Shown here one piece after another: positions 1 through 9,573 of a stretch of 64,000 bases of DNA; position 1 is the stretch's first letter; each line of letters begins with the position of its first letter. The DNA lies in the IMG/VR virus record IMGVR_UViG_3300044712_002690, positions 96,001-160,000 of that record. One strand, written 5' to 3'. The translations under genes were made by a program, and so were the position numbers. Source of the stretch: a virus. The notes under the pieces were generated by a model. It ran no database searches and was not told where the DNA came from. It was given only the letters and a program-made list of their open reading frames with translations.

Positions 1-1131
1 GGTATTATTCATACATTAAGAAAACAATATCCTATGAAGGTTGAAAGACAAGTAGGATATCATGCAACTACTTTTGAATTAAATCCAAAGGTAGATGAAA
101 ATGGTAATGATATTCCTGGTGGTTTTTCTGAAGAAGATGCATTTTTCAAAGGAAAGAAAATTGAGAGCCCTGAAGGTTTTAGACGAGATTATTTAGCTAT
201 ACCGCCTTCTGCTGTTAGTCCATTCTTTGAATATCCAGAACGTATAGATGCTTGTATTGTTAAAAATAGAAGCATTGTAGATTTCCATGATAGAGAATTT
301 GATGAGTCTGTTCAAACAGTTGACGGGGATACTATTGTTAGAAAATATATTGGGAAATCTATTATTGTTAATAAGCCTAATATGCTTATGGATTATTTTA
401 TTTCCTGCGACCAGGGTGAAAAGAAAGACGCGTTTGTTGTTGCTATGGGTCATGGAGATGAAGTATCCTATGATTCAGTTGATGGAGAAGGTAAACCAAT
501 TACATTTACAAGATACAAAGTTATTATAGACTTTATAGAAGGATGGATTCCTGATAAAGAAAAACGTATAACAGTATCTTTCCCAAATGTAGAAGATATT
601 ATTGTTAGACTAAGTGAAAACTTTAATATCAGAAAGGTAGTATTTGACCAGTGGAATAGCACAGAATCTTTACAAAGATTATTTAGTAAAGGTATTGTTG
701 CTGAAAAAACAAAGCAACAAGAAAATCTTAAAAAGTATGAGATACTAAAAACACTAGTGTACAGTAATTTAATTGAATTACCCGAATCAGATATTTTAGT
801 CAAAGAGTTAAGACAATTAAATCTTATCCGAGGTGTTAAAGTTGATCACCCCGGAGCAGGAAGTTCTGACCATTCTGATGCTATTGCACGTGTAGTTTGG
901 GAGGTTTATACTAATGTAATTGAGAAAGCAATTCAAGGTGAAATACCTGGACCCCGTAGACATCAAATGCCTACCATTAGATCCGTTGCAAGCATGTATG
1001 AACACATGTCAGGACCAATGATATCGCCTATCTGCGACTTTGCTACCACATCTCCTGCAACTAAAAGCAGTATTTTTGGTAGAGGATTTATGGTTGAAGG
1101 TAATATCAAGCCTAACTTCCTTACTAAATGA
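1..1131 (+). CDS. Terminase large subunit, C-terminal nuclease region (5'-truncated by window edge)
   Basis: Frame is open from base 1. RNase H-like terminase motifs KDAFVVAMGH, VVFDQWNS, ELRQL and KVDHPGAGSSDHSDAIA. Confidence 0.75.
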   Translation, partial: GIIHTLRKQYPMKVERQVGYHATTFELNPKVDENGNDIPGGFSEEDAFFKGKKIESPEGFRRDYLAIPPSAVSPFFEYPERIDACIVKNRSIVDFHDREFDESVQTVDGDTIVRKYIGKSIIVNKPNMLMDYFISCDQGEKKDAFVVAMGHGDEVSYDSVDGEGKPITFTRYKVIIDFIEGWIPDKEKRITVSFPNVEDIIVRLSENFNIRKVVFDQWNSTESLQRLFSKGIVAEKTKQQENLKKYEILKTLVYSNLIELPESDILVKELRQLNLIRGVKVDHPGAGSSDHSDAIARVVWEVYTNVIEKAIQGEIPGPRRHQMPTIRSVASMYEHMSGPMISPICDFATTSPATKSSIFGRGFMVEGNIKPNFLTK

Positions 1132-1160
1132 TACAAATGACATATTTTCTATTATAGGAG

Positions 1161-2417
1161 ATGAGTATGTCCAAAAAAATGTTAAAAGACTTACAGGATG
1201 TAGCTGAAAAATTTAGAAAAGACTTCCCAGGAGCAACGGCTTATGTAACACAAGCATACTTTGAAAAGCATGGTAATACTCCACGTAATCAATTCCTAGC
1301 TGAATTTGGTTCTTTTTCAAATTTTAAAGAAGAGGCAATGAAAGATGCAGGTGTAGAAACAGAGGCATTTGCATATGAAAAAAAGATATTAGGATTGCAA
1401 GAAGAAATTAAACATTTAAAAAAAGAAAAAATAGAATATATGAAAAGATCCTCAGAGTATGAGGAATTAATTGATTTATATACTTCTAATCTATCAAATC
1501 AACACATGTTTCCAATTTCAGAAGCAAAAATTAAGATAGAATCACTAACAGATAAAAAAGCAATTCTTCATTTAAGTGATCTACATTTAGGAGAAGTAGT
1601 AAAATTAGAACATGTAAATGGGGTTAATGCTTTCAATAAAGATATAGCCATTCAACGTATGGATGCAATATTAAGAAAATTTGAAAATTATTGTACAAAG
1701 AGTAAAATTGATGAATGTTTTATTTTATTGAATGGGGACCTTGTTGATGGTGGTTTAAGATTAGAGAGTATGAGGAATAGCGATTTAAATGAGTTAGAGT
1801 CTATCTTTTTTCTTCATGACTATTTAATTCAAAGACTGTGCCAATTATCTAAATCTTTTAAAAAGATTAATGTTGTTGTAATTGTAGGGAATCATTCAAG
1901 GATACTCCCTGGAAAACCTTACTATAAAGAAAAAGTTGTTATGTCATATGAATACTTGTTAGGAAGAATGCTAAAATCTTATTTTGATCATAGAAAAGAA
2001 TTAGAAACTAATAAAGTTATTGATATTATAGTTCCTGAATCTGCTTTTACAATTTTAAATGTAAATGGTAGTAAATTTTTGGTAACACATGGAGATATTT
2101 TAAGTGGTGGTGGAAGCGGAGGTTTTGCAGGTATTCCTTTTTATGCAATTGCAATGAGTTCTGCAAAACTTTATGGAATTTTACACCAAATTGGAGTTCA
2201 AGAAAACCTTCAGTTTGATAATCTTTTATTTGGACATTTGCACGTCCCTTGTAGAATACCACTTTTTAATGGTAATTTTGCATATGGAAATGGATGTATA
2301 TGTGGAGCTAATGAATATAGTATTTTTAAAATGAAAAGTGTAGCAATAAAACAACAAACACTTGTTGTTGTGTTTGGAGATGGACAAGTATCTACAAGTG
2401 ACATTTATTTTGATTAA
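1161..2417 (+). CDS. Calcineurin-like metallophosphoesterase with N-terminal coiled coil
   Basis: Motifs SDLHLGE, NGDLVDG, VGNHSR, THGD and FGHLH; GGAG RBS upstream. Confidence 0.85.
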   Translation: MSMSKKMLKDLQDVAEKFRKDFPGATAYVTQAYFEKHGNTPRNQFLAEFGSFSNFKEEAMKDAGVETEAFAYEKKILGLQEEIKHLKKEKIEYMKRSSEYEELIDLYTSNLSNQHMFPISEAKIKIESLTDKKAILHLSDLHLGEVVKLEHVNGVNAFNKDIAIQRMDAILRKFENYCTKSKIDECFILLNGDLVDGGLRLESMRNSDLNELESIFFLHDYLIQRLCQLSKSFKKINVVVIVGNHSRILPGKPYYKEKVVMSYEYLLGRMLKSYFDHRKELETNKVIDIIVPESAFTILNVNGSKFLVTHGDILSGGGSGGFAGIPFYAIAMSSAKLYGILHQIGVQENLQFDNLLFGHLHVPCRIPLFNGNFAYGNGCICGANEYSIFKMKSVAIKQQTLVVVFGDGQVSTSDIYFD

Positions 2418-2422
2418 TTCCT

Positions 2423-2636
2423 ATGAAAGAGTACTTTGGTTTAATCTATAAAGCTACTAATATACAAACAAAAAAGATGTATATTGGAAAAACTATAGAT
2501 AGTTTTGAAAATAGGAAAACTACGAACTTTTTATGAAGTATGGCTTGAAAAGTATAGAAAAGAAGAAGCAGACATAAGATTTGAAAAATGGAAAAATAAT
2601 ATAAGAAATAGAAAGAATTCTTCTAATCAAATATAA
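2423..2636 (+). pseudogene. Degenerate GIY-YIG homing endonuclease remnant
   Basis: ATG 2423 reads MKEYFGLIYKATNIQTKKMYIGKT (GIY-YIG motif) and stops at 2536. The +1 frame 2523-2636 reads RTFYEVWLEKYRKEEADIR. Confidence 0.6.
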
Positions 2637-3220
2637 TTGAAGCTAATTTAACAACATCAATATCTTTTTCAAAGGAAAGTCCTCGCTCACGGATAACAAA
2701 TTCCACAGCGAGGATTTTTCCTTTTTTATTTTTAGTATAATATGAATTATACCTGTCTCTTATTTCATATTGAAAATATGAGAGTAGATATTGTTCATTA
2801 TCCGACAAAAGCATCTTTTTCTTCTAGATTTAAGAGTAATTGTTCTTCAATATGAATATCTTCTGTATTTTCACACTTGTTACAATGGTTTCTTCTTTTA
2901 TCATCCAACCACATTGATCCACATTTGGGACATGAGCAAAAATACTGTGATTTCATAATTGTTACTCCTATTTTTAATTATAAAGATATCATTTTTCAGA
3001 CTTTTTCTGTTCTAAAACAGCTTTAATAAATTCTTCTATTGTTTCCTCACTACTCCAGCAACAGTATTCATTTACACACCATTCTTCCCCATTTTTTATA
3101 CTTTTTACTTTCTCTGCTCCACATTGCGGGCAATAATCTTGTATCTTTTCTCCTTGTAGTTTTACCATAAGAAATTCTTTGACAGGCATACCACTTAAAG
3201 AAAATGTCATAGCTAACTCC

Positions 3221-3604
3221 TTAGTGTCTAAGTAAATTGATAATATTGTTTGTTCTTCTTTCGATTCTTTCTTTTTCTTCATTCTGTAGATCCTCATATG
3301 AAGTTAAAGGTATATTTTCTAATTCATCTACATCTTCTTTACGAATAACTATAGCACCATTATTACCTTTTTGATATTTAGTAAGGAATGCTATGATCCA
3401 TTCTTTATATTGTAGTTCTAATTGAATTTTAATTTCAGATTCTTTTTCTGATGTAAGAGAAACAATAGAGGCAGGAGGAAGTGAGGAAATTCCGACTAGC
3501 TCAATATATTGAGAGCTGTATTTATCTTTTTTGAGAGCGTTGTTCATTTCATCGTCTACGCATGATAAAAGTAAGAGAATAAGTAAGATAGATAATCTAT
3601 ACAT
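3221..3604 (-). CDS. Putative lipoprotein
   Basis: Hydrophobic signal ending LLLLSC (lipobox-like). Confidence 0.45.
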   Translation of the reverse strand: MYRLSILLILLLLSCVDDEMNNALKKDKYSSQYIELVGISSLPPASIVSLTSEKESEIKIQLELQYKEWIIAFLTKYQKGNNGAIVIRKEDVDELENIPLTSYEDLQNEEKERIERRTNNIINLLRH

Positions 3605-3660
3605 GATTTCTACCTCCTATAAATAATTCCTCCTTTCATATTGATGTAATTACAAAATAA

Positions 3661-3687
3661 AAAAGCCCTAAGAAATCTTAGGGCTTT
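3661..3687 (-). terminator. Intrinsic terminator
   Basis: Inverted repeat AAAGCCCTAAG/CTTAGGGCTTT followed by a T-run on the minus strand, just after the YkuK-like gene. Confidence 0.8.
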
Positions 3688-3690
3688 ATC

Positions 3691-4122
3691 TTAATGTAAT
3701 AAATGATCAGCGCAGTAACTAGCTGCAAATGCACCAGGTTTTATCTTGTAATCAAATCCCATAGCAGACACATATCCACTAGCAGCAGCTACATAAGAAT
3801 GTGATTTGTATTTACTGTCTGGGTTAAAGTCTAAGTGAACTTCAAATTTTCTATTTCCAACATATGGATGTATCTCCATAGCACATTTAACAGCCATATC
3901 TACTTCTTTCATTAGTCTTTCTGAGATAGCCATGTATTTAGGATCTTTGCTTTTTTCAGCAAAAACCATACTACCTTTAGATGAAGCTATATGGATAACT
4001 ACAACTAAAGCAAAGTGGGTGTGCCCATCGATAACTTGTGAATCTACACCTACATAAACAGAGCTTGATTCTGGGCTCTCCTCAATGTGTTTTTTAACCT
4101 CTTCATACACTAGCTTTCTCAT
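3691..4122 (-). CDS. RNase H-like YkuK (DUF458) family protein
   Basis: Motifs VYVGVDSQ, RLMKEV, EVHLDFNP and KIKPGAFAASYCADH. Start moved to ATG 4122 to avoid overlap with tRNA-His. Confidence 0.8.
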   Translation of the reverse strand: MRKLVYEEVKKHIEESPESSSVYVGVDSQVIDGHTHFALVVVIHIASSKGSMVFAEKSKDPKYMAISERLMKEVDMAVKCAMEIHPYVGNRKFEVHLDFNPDSKYKSHSYVAAASGYVSAMGFDYKIKPGAFAASYCADHLLH

Positions 4123-4137
4123 AACAAATAACCTCTG

Positions 4138-4210
4138 GGAGAAGTACGAGAATCGAACTCGTATCTTTGGAACCACAATCCAAGGTAATAGCCGTTATAC
4201 GAACTTCTCC
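4138..4210 (-). tRNA. tRNA-His(GUG)
   Basis: Cloverleaf; anticodon arm TTGGA-TTGTGGT-TCCAA; encoded G-1 and C73. Confidence 0.9.
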
Positions 4211-4222
4211 ATAAAAATAAAT

Positions 4223-4287
4223 TTGAGATTGAGAGACTCGAACTCTCGGAAAAGGGTTATGAGCCCTAATCCCCACCTGGATCTCAA
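4223..4287 (-). pseudogene. Degenerate tRNA(CAU) with collapsed D-arm
   Basis: Acceptor TTGAGAT/ATCTCAA, AGGG-CTCATAA-CCCT arm and GAGAG-TTCGAGT-CTCTC T-arm; only 65 nt, no D-stem. Confidence 0.6.
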
Positions 4288-4351
4288 CAGGATACTAGCT
4301 ATCACTAGTAACCTTTTTTGTTCATCGACCGGAGAGAATATGATGTTTATG

Positions 4352-4423
4352 TCGGGGTGGTCGGGATCGAACCGACGACTTTCTGCTCCCAAAGCAGACA
4401 CGCTACCGCTGCGCCACACCCCG
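4352..4423 (-). tRNA. tRNA-Pro(UGG)
   Basis: Cloverleaf; TCTGC-TTTGGGA-GCAGA. Confidence 0.95.
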
Positions 4424-4427
4424 TATT

Positions 4428-4957
4428 TTACTTTAAACAATTCTTGCAGGAGTAAGTACCCTTAGCAACCCATTTCAAGTCTTTAAAAAAGACATTAGCA
4501 CCACATCTATAACAAATTCCTTTTCCTTCTTCAATTAAAACTCGTATTGAATCCCCTTGTTTCCAGAATTTACAATTTTGTATTGCTTCTTCAGTCATTG
4601 GGATCGGTTTTGCATAATTTTGTGGATGACCACAAACAAACATTGCATGAAACCAACAATTATTACAATTATCCACTAGCTTGCTCTTTTAACTCTATAT
4701 TGAATAGCGTCAGAAATATCTCTTAGTTTAGCTGGTTTAGAAACCTTACAATCATCATACTCGCAATTGAAACAATCATCCTCACATACACCTAAATGTA
4801 TTCTAATACAACTATTACACACAGTAAAACTATATTTATTCTCTTGTGTGATAGGAGTGTTACAATATTTACACACATTCCTTTTATTTTTAATTTTATG
4901 AATAGAATTATACTTCCTTTGATATTCTCTTTTTTGCTCAATATCCTTAAAGGGCAT
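4428..4957 (-). CDS. Two small Cys-rich (Zn-finger-like) hypothetical proteins (4428-4676, 4676-4957)
   Basis: ORF track; multiple CxxC pairs; overlapping stop/start. Confidence 0.55.
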
Positions 4958-4990
4958 ATTTTATATCCTTATTGATATTAAAATAAAATG

Positions 4991-5063
4991 AGCTCCCGAG
5001 AGGAATTGAACCCCCAACCTACTGATTACAAATCAGTTGCTCTACCGATTGAGCTACAGGAGC
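4991..5063 (-). tRNA. tRNA-Thr(UGU)
   Basis: Cloverleaf; CTGAT-TTGTAAT-CAG arm. Confidence 0.95.
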
Positions 5064-5527
5064 AAGTAAGTTATGTAGTTGGTTTAAGAGCCAACTTCAT
5101 TTCTTTCATTTTCTTAGTCTTTTCTTTCCAGCTTAGTGATTTCCAAATCTTTTTAAAAATCCTGTAGTTAATATCTTGTGAGGAAGATATTTTCCTACTA
5201 TACTTCTTAAGTACTTTAGCTGTTTTAGTATTCATTTCATCTCCTTTTTCTTAATGTCTTTATATAAATATCTTTTTTTCATTAAACTTTTTATAATTTT
5301 GTCTGTTTCTTCTATTGTTAAATTAGCTAGTTTAGCAATATTATCGATATAACAAGGTTCACTGTTTTTCCATTTATTTACAATGTTATAAACATCTTGT
5401 TCTATTTTAGAAGAGAACTTTTTATAGCTCACAGCATTCCTTTTATAAGATAGTATACAGGCGGCTTATATTTACAACCTTTGCTCTTACCTTCCGGAAC
5501 GGTTACGCGGACGGCCTGTATACTAAT

Positions 5528-5615
5528 TGGCGGAGGCCGGATTCGAACCGGCGTTACAAGTCTTTCGACGCCGAGGGTTATGAGCCCTCCGAGAAGCCAA
5601 CTCCTCTACTCCGCT
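5528..5615 (-). tRNA. Initiator-type tRNA-fMet(CAU) with 20-nt variable region
   Basis: A1:C72 mismatch, A11:U24 pair, three G-C pairs closing loop CTCATAA; V region GGCGTCGAAAGACTTGTAAC. Confidence 0.85.
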
Positions 5616-5853
5616 CTATATTATAAAATATACCAATTGGTTATATTTTTCTTCTAAAACTTTTTAATAATAGCAATAGTACTATCTGAAATCTCTTTCT
5701 TATCTAAATCAATTGAAAGATTAGCTTCAATTGAAATATCATTACTTATATTTACCAATCCATCTTTAGGCTGATTACTTTGCAGAGATGGATCCTTTCT
5801 TAGATTTTTACCGTTTACTGTTTTAAGCCACTCGAACATATACCTTACCTATG

Positions 5854-5932
5854 CAGGGGTGACACGAGTCGAACGTGCATTGCCGAAGCACGGTTTTGGA
5901 GACCGCTGGGTTAGCCATTACCCTACACCCCT
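5854..5932 (-). tRNA. tRNA-Trp(CCA) with extended variable arm
   Basis: GCGGT-CTCCAAA-ACCGT; V region GC-TTCG-GC-AAT; G73. Confidence 0.9.
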
Positions 5933-5942
5933 AAATATTCTG

Positions 5943-6021
5943 AGCAAGTGATGGGACTCGAACCCACAATGCTTTCGCATCAGTTTGGAAGACTGACAGC
6001 TTACCTTTAGCTTACACTTGC
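5943..6021 (-). tRNA. tRNA-Gly(UCC) with extended variable arm
   Basis: TCAGT-CTTCCAA-ACTGA; V region TGC-GAAA-GCA-TT; U73. Confidence 0.9.
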
Positions 6022-7361
6022 TTATTGAATCATTCTTACTTGAGTATAGTCACTAAGTAAGAATCTTCTCTGCTTATTTACTTCTTGAATTGCCTCACAA
6101 ATATTATCATACGATTCAGTTACTAACGTATTAAATTCTTCTTCATTAAATTCTACAATAGTGCGATCTCTTTCAAGACACTCGTATAAGTCTTCTACAT
6201 TTTTATAAAATTTTCTATAAAGAAGAGTATATACTTTTTTTATATCCTTAACATAAAATCTAATAAATGAATCTTGTGTAATGAATCCAATATAAACAGA
6301 GTTATTATCTATTCTTTCCCAAGTACGAAATTTTGTTTGATCTGACCTAACACTAAGTTCTTCAATAAGATCATCTATATTAGCTTTTATATAGCCAGTA
6401 CCATAATGAAAGTTATTTAAATCATATGTACTAGCAGTATCATTACCAATAATAGGATTGTAACCTTCAGGTGCATTTAACCAAATACCATCATGAAGAA
6501 ATAAGTGAAATGAACGTAACATCCATTTGTATAATTCTTCTTTCATATAATTTCTCCTTTCTAATTTATACTTGTAATATATAAAGAAAAGAGAATAAAA
6601 CTAACTAAAGCATTGCTCCAACTTGTGGACTTGTTGTTACTCCTTGTTGTAAGAACGTTGCTGATGCCTGTTGTACAGCTTGTAACCAAGCTTCTTTAGT
6701 AATTAATGAACGAAGTATAGGAACTATATTCACTAAATTTGGATCTTGACTTCCTTGATTATATATTTCAATTCCTATCCAATCCATTGCTGGAATCGAA
6801 TCTGTTTGTGTTTTAGCTTCCTGAGGAACCATACCTTTTTGAGATATAAAATCGTCAATAGTTAATTTTGCTATATTAAGAAGCGTAGAATTAACTAATG
6901 TATTAAGATCTTGCTCAGGATTCTGTTGTATAGATGCAATTAACTTACTAATTTCACTATCAAGAATCTCTTGAGTTAAATCAGCATATTTAACTACTAT
7001 ATGAGCAAAAACAGTTTTATAAAATCTTTCAAGACAATCAGCTCTTCTTGTATCCATATATACTTCTCCTAGATAGATAATATATAAAGATAACATGAAG
7101 AGTGATTTTTTAAGTTTCACTGCTTCAAATAAATTAAGCAGCTACTACTACATCTTTCTCCATACGATTAACACCAATAACTTCAAACTTCTCATCTTCA
7201 TTCCACTTAGCTTTAACAGCAGAAGCAGCAGCACCTACATCAGTAGCAACAGCTAGTTCACAGCGGTTGATAACTTTTCCTGTAGTGCGCGAGGTACGTT
7301 TAATGTCTACATGGTACAGGTTCATTATAAAGCTCCTTTCATTTAATTTATTTTGATACAT
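6022..7361 (-). CDS. Three hypothetical proteins inside the tRNA cluster (6022-6546, 6605-7120, 7134-7361)
   Basis: ORF track; RBS-like GGAG/GAGGAG upstream; no family recognised. Confidence 0.6.
6576..6607 (-). promoter_or_regulatory. Phage promoter-like motif TAGTTAG-N19-TATATT
   Basis: One of seven copies with the same spacing, each upstream of minus-strand genes. Confidence 0.6.
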
Positions 7362-7363
7362 TT

Positions 7364-7395
7364 AATATAAGAAACCTTTACTAATAAAGTAACTA
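7364..7395 (-). promoter_or_regulatory. Phage promoter-like motif TAGTTAC-N19-TATATT
   Basis: Same bipartite motif upstream of the 7134-7361 gene. Confidence 0.6.
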
Positions 7396-7400
7396 GTATG

Positions 7401-7480
7401 TACCACGAGAGGGACTCGAACCCTCACCAATTAAGACTAGTTCCTAAGACTAGCGCGTCTACCAGTTCCGCCATCGTGGC
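7401..7480 (-). tRNA. tRNA-Leu(UAG)
   Basis: CTAGT-CTTAGGA-ACTAG; class II V arm; A73. Confidence 0.95.
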
Positions 7481-7483
7481 ATG

Positions 7484-7556
7484 TGCTCAAGGTCGGGATC
7501 GAACCGACTACACACGGATTTTCAGTCCGTTGCTCTACCTTCTGAGCTACCTGAGC
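7484..7556 (-). tRNA. tRNA-Phe(GAA)
   Basis: ACGGA-CTGAAAA-TCCGT. Confidence 0.95.
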
Positions 7557-7561
7557 TCATG

Positions 7562-7635
7562 TGGATCGTCCCTGACTCGAACAGGGGGCCTAATGATTAT
7601 GAGTCATTTGCTCTAACCAACTGAGCTAACGATCC
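7562..7635 (-). tRNA. tRNA(CAU), elongator Met or Ile2
   Basis: AATGA-CTCATAA-TCATT; G1-C72. Met and Ile2 cannot be distinguished by eye. Confidence 0.9.
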
Positions 7636-7641
7636 AAGAAT

Positions 7642-7716
7642 TGGGACTTCTCCGACTTGAACGGAGGACCTATTGCCTATCAAGCAATTGCTCTAACCAA
7701 ACTGAGCTAAAGTCCC
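7642..7716 (-). tRNA. tRNA-Ile(GAU)
   Basis: ATTGC-TTGATAG-GCAAT. Confidence 0.93.
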
Positions 7717-7734
7717 TGTTTTGAAAGAAAAATA

Positions 7735-7908
7735 AACTAAAGGTGTGTTGCTACACCAAAGGAGACACATTGTTTATCCTAGCCAACACTTCCTGCGGGT
7801 CTCACAGGTCTTAGTTTTTACACTTGGTCAGTTTCGGAATGATCTCCACTCATTAAAGTATACAGTTTCCCAAGCTGCTGGCTACCTCTAAGCCCACTGC
7901 CTTTAGTT
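7735..7908 (-). ncRNA. Structured ncRNA with a 23S rRNA uL11-binding-domain-like core
   Basis: Closing stem AACTAAAGG/CCTTTAGTT. Core GGGCTTAGAGGTAGCCA...TTTAATGAGT...GTGTAGCAACACAC aligns with 23S H43-H44. Confidence 0.7.
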
Positions 7909-7914
7909 ATTCTG

Positions 7915-7987
7915 TGGACCTGATCGGTTACGATCCGACTACCTCCTGCTTGCAGGGCAGGCGCTCTCCCAATTGAGCTACAGGCCC
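7915..7987 (-). tRNA. tRNA-Ala(UGC)
   Basis: G3:U70 pair; CCTGC-CCTGCAA-GCAGG; atypical T-loop ATCGTAA. Confidence 0.9.
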
Positions 7988-7994
7988 TAATTAG

Positions 7995-8231
7995 TTAATG
8001 TTTTAGCTTTTCACCTTCTTTAATCATTTCTTCTATAACATTGTCAATTAAAGTAAAAAGTTCGTCACTATTTCTATCTAGTAAAGCAGCTACACCACTA
8101 ATTATTTTTATTTGAGTACTTATTTCTTCATCTTCGTCTTCACTTACAGGAAGATACATTGAAATTGTATTATCAGTACGAAGAACAAGTGCTGCATCAC
8201 CATCTTTTAATGTAATTTTTGTTTTACCCAT
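7995..8231 (-). CDS. Hypothetical protein
   Basis: ORF track; AAGGA upstream. Confidence 0.6.
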   Translation of the reverse strand: MGKTKITLKDGDAALVLRTDNTISMYLPVSEDEDEEISTQIKIISGVAALLDRNSDELFTLIDNVIEEMIKEGEKLKH

Positions 8232-8256
8232 AAATGTCTTCCTTATGTTTGGTATT

Positions 8257-8330
8257 TGGATCGGGTGAGGGTCGAACTCACGACTCCTGCATTAAAAGTG
8301 CAGTGCTACTACCAACTGAGCTACCGATCC
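8257..8330 (-). tRNA. tRNA-Lys(UUU)
   Basis: CTGCA-CTTTTAA-TGCAG. Confidence 0.95.
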
Positions 8331-8391
8331 TTTCGTTTATTACTTTCCTTATCACTTTCCTTCATAAGGAAACCTCCTTTAAATTAAAATG

Positions 8392-8467
8392 TGTTCCTGA
8401 AGGGACTCGAACCCCTAACCTTCTGATCCGTAATCAGAAACTCTAAATCCAATTGAGCTACAGGAAC
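8392..8467 (-). tRNA. tRNA-Arg(ACG)
   Basis: TCTGA-TTACGGA-TCAGA. Confidence 0.95.
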
Positions 8468-8475
8468 TTAAAATG

Positions 8476-8548
8476 CGTCCCAGGAGAGGATCGAACTCCC
8501 GACAAACGGATTAGAAATCCGTTGCTCTTCCACCTGAGCTACTGGGAC
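8476..8548 (-). tRNA. tRNA-Arg(UCU)
   Basis: ACGGA-TTTCTAA-TCCGT. Confidence 0.95.
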
Positions 8549-8605
8549 AAAAAGCGTGTTGATATACTCAACACTAAAACCAACGATTTCCATCCAAATC
8601 GCTTG

Positions 8606-8677
8606 CTCTGGAGGCAAGGATCGAACTTGCGACCAATCGGTTAACAGCCGATGGCTCTACCGCTGAGCTACTCCAGA
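8606..8677 (-). tRNA. tRNA-Asn(GUU)
   Basis: ATCGG-CTGTTAA-CCGAT. Confidence 0.95.
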
Positions 8678-8682
8678 ATATA

Positions 8683-9552
8683 TTAGATAAAAGGAGTTAA
8701 ATGCAATAACCTTTTAATTTTCCATTTGATATTTTTTATTAAGTAAATACTATATCTTACTATTCTTTTAACAGTCCATTTGTTTTTTATTTCAATTTCA
8801 TATTGACCATATTTAGTTTTAGATACTATTTGAAATGCATTGAAAAATTGATCGTTTGATCCCCATGGTACACCACAGTCATATTCTGTTCCATCTTTAT
8901 ATTCAATTGAAATACCTGTTATGTCTGAATGGTTAGTAACTCTTTTATATAAAGATACATATTCATCATTCCAATTTTTATATTGTAATGGTTTAAGGTC
9001 TTTAAATATGACATAAATCCACTCTGCACCATCACGTTCATCACCTTGTGTTACATTACAACACGAATAGTGTTTGTGAACTTTTCCAATATACCAATTT
9101 GAAATATGTTTAATATCTATTTTAGCAGTATCACAATTTTCAAAGATTAATACTACATTTTTCACTTCTTTAAACATGTTCTATTATATCCTTGTATGCG
9201 AGGCTGAAGGGACTCGAACCCTCGACCTTCTGCGTGACAGGCAGACGCTCTAACCAAACTGAGCTACAACCCCGTTTATTTAAGAATCAGCAATCTCACT
9301 AGTAAAATAACGATTTTGTGAAACTGTAAGTGCTGTACAAAGACTACATTGCCAACATTTATGTTCCACCATCCATTTAGCATACTCTTTTAATTCTACA
9401 CCTTCAATTACTATCGAAACAAGAAGTTCTCCATTATCTTTTATTTCAATAGTAGGAAAATCTTCTTTCAAGTCAGCTAATACTTTAGCTTTAAGAGCAG
9501 TAGCACTATCCTTATCAGCACAAACTTTATCAAAAGCAAGAAGATCTTTCAT
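8683..9552 (-). CDS. Two hypothetical proteins (8683-9177, 9280-9552)
   Basis: ORF track; interleaved with tRNA genes. Confidence 0.6.
9199..9273 (-). tRNA. tRNA-Asp(GUC)
   Basis: TCTGC-CTGTCAC-GCAGA; G73. Confidence 0.95.
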
Positions 9553-9573
9553 ACATTACTCCTTTAAAAATTG

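Noticed and set aside
5452-5524. SRP (4.5S) RNA because of CC-GGAA-GG
   Set aside because: The conserved CAGG/AGCA symmetric loop of helix 8 is absent.
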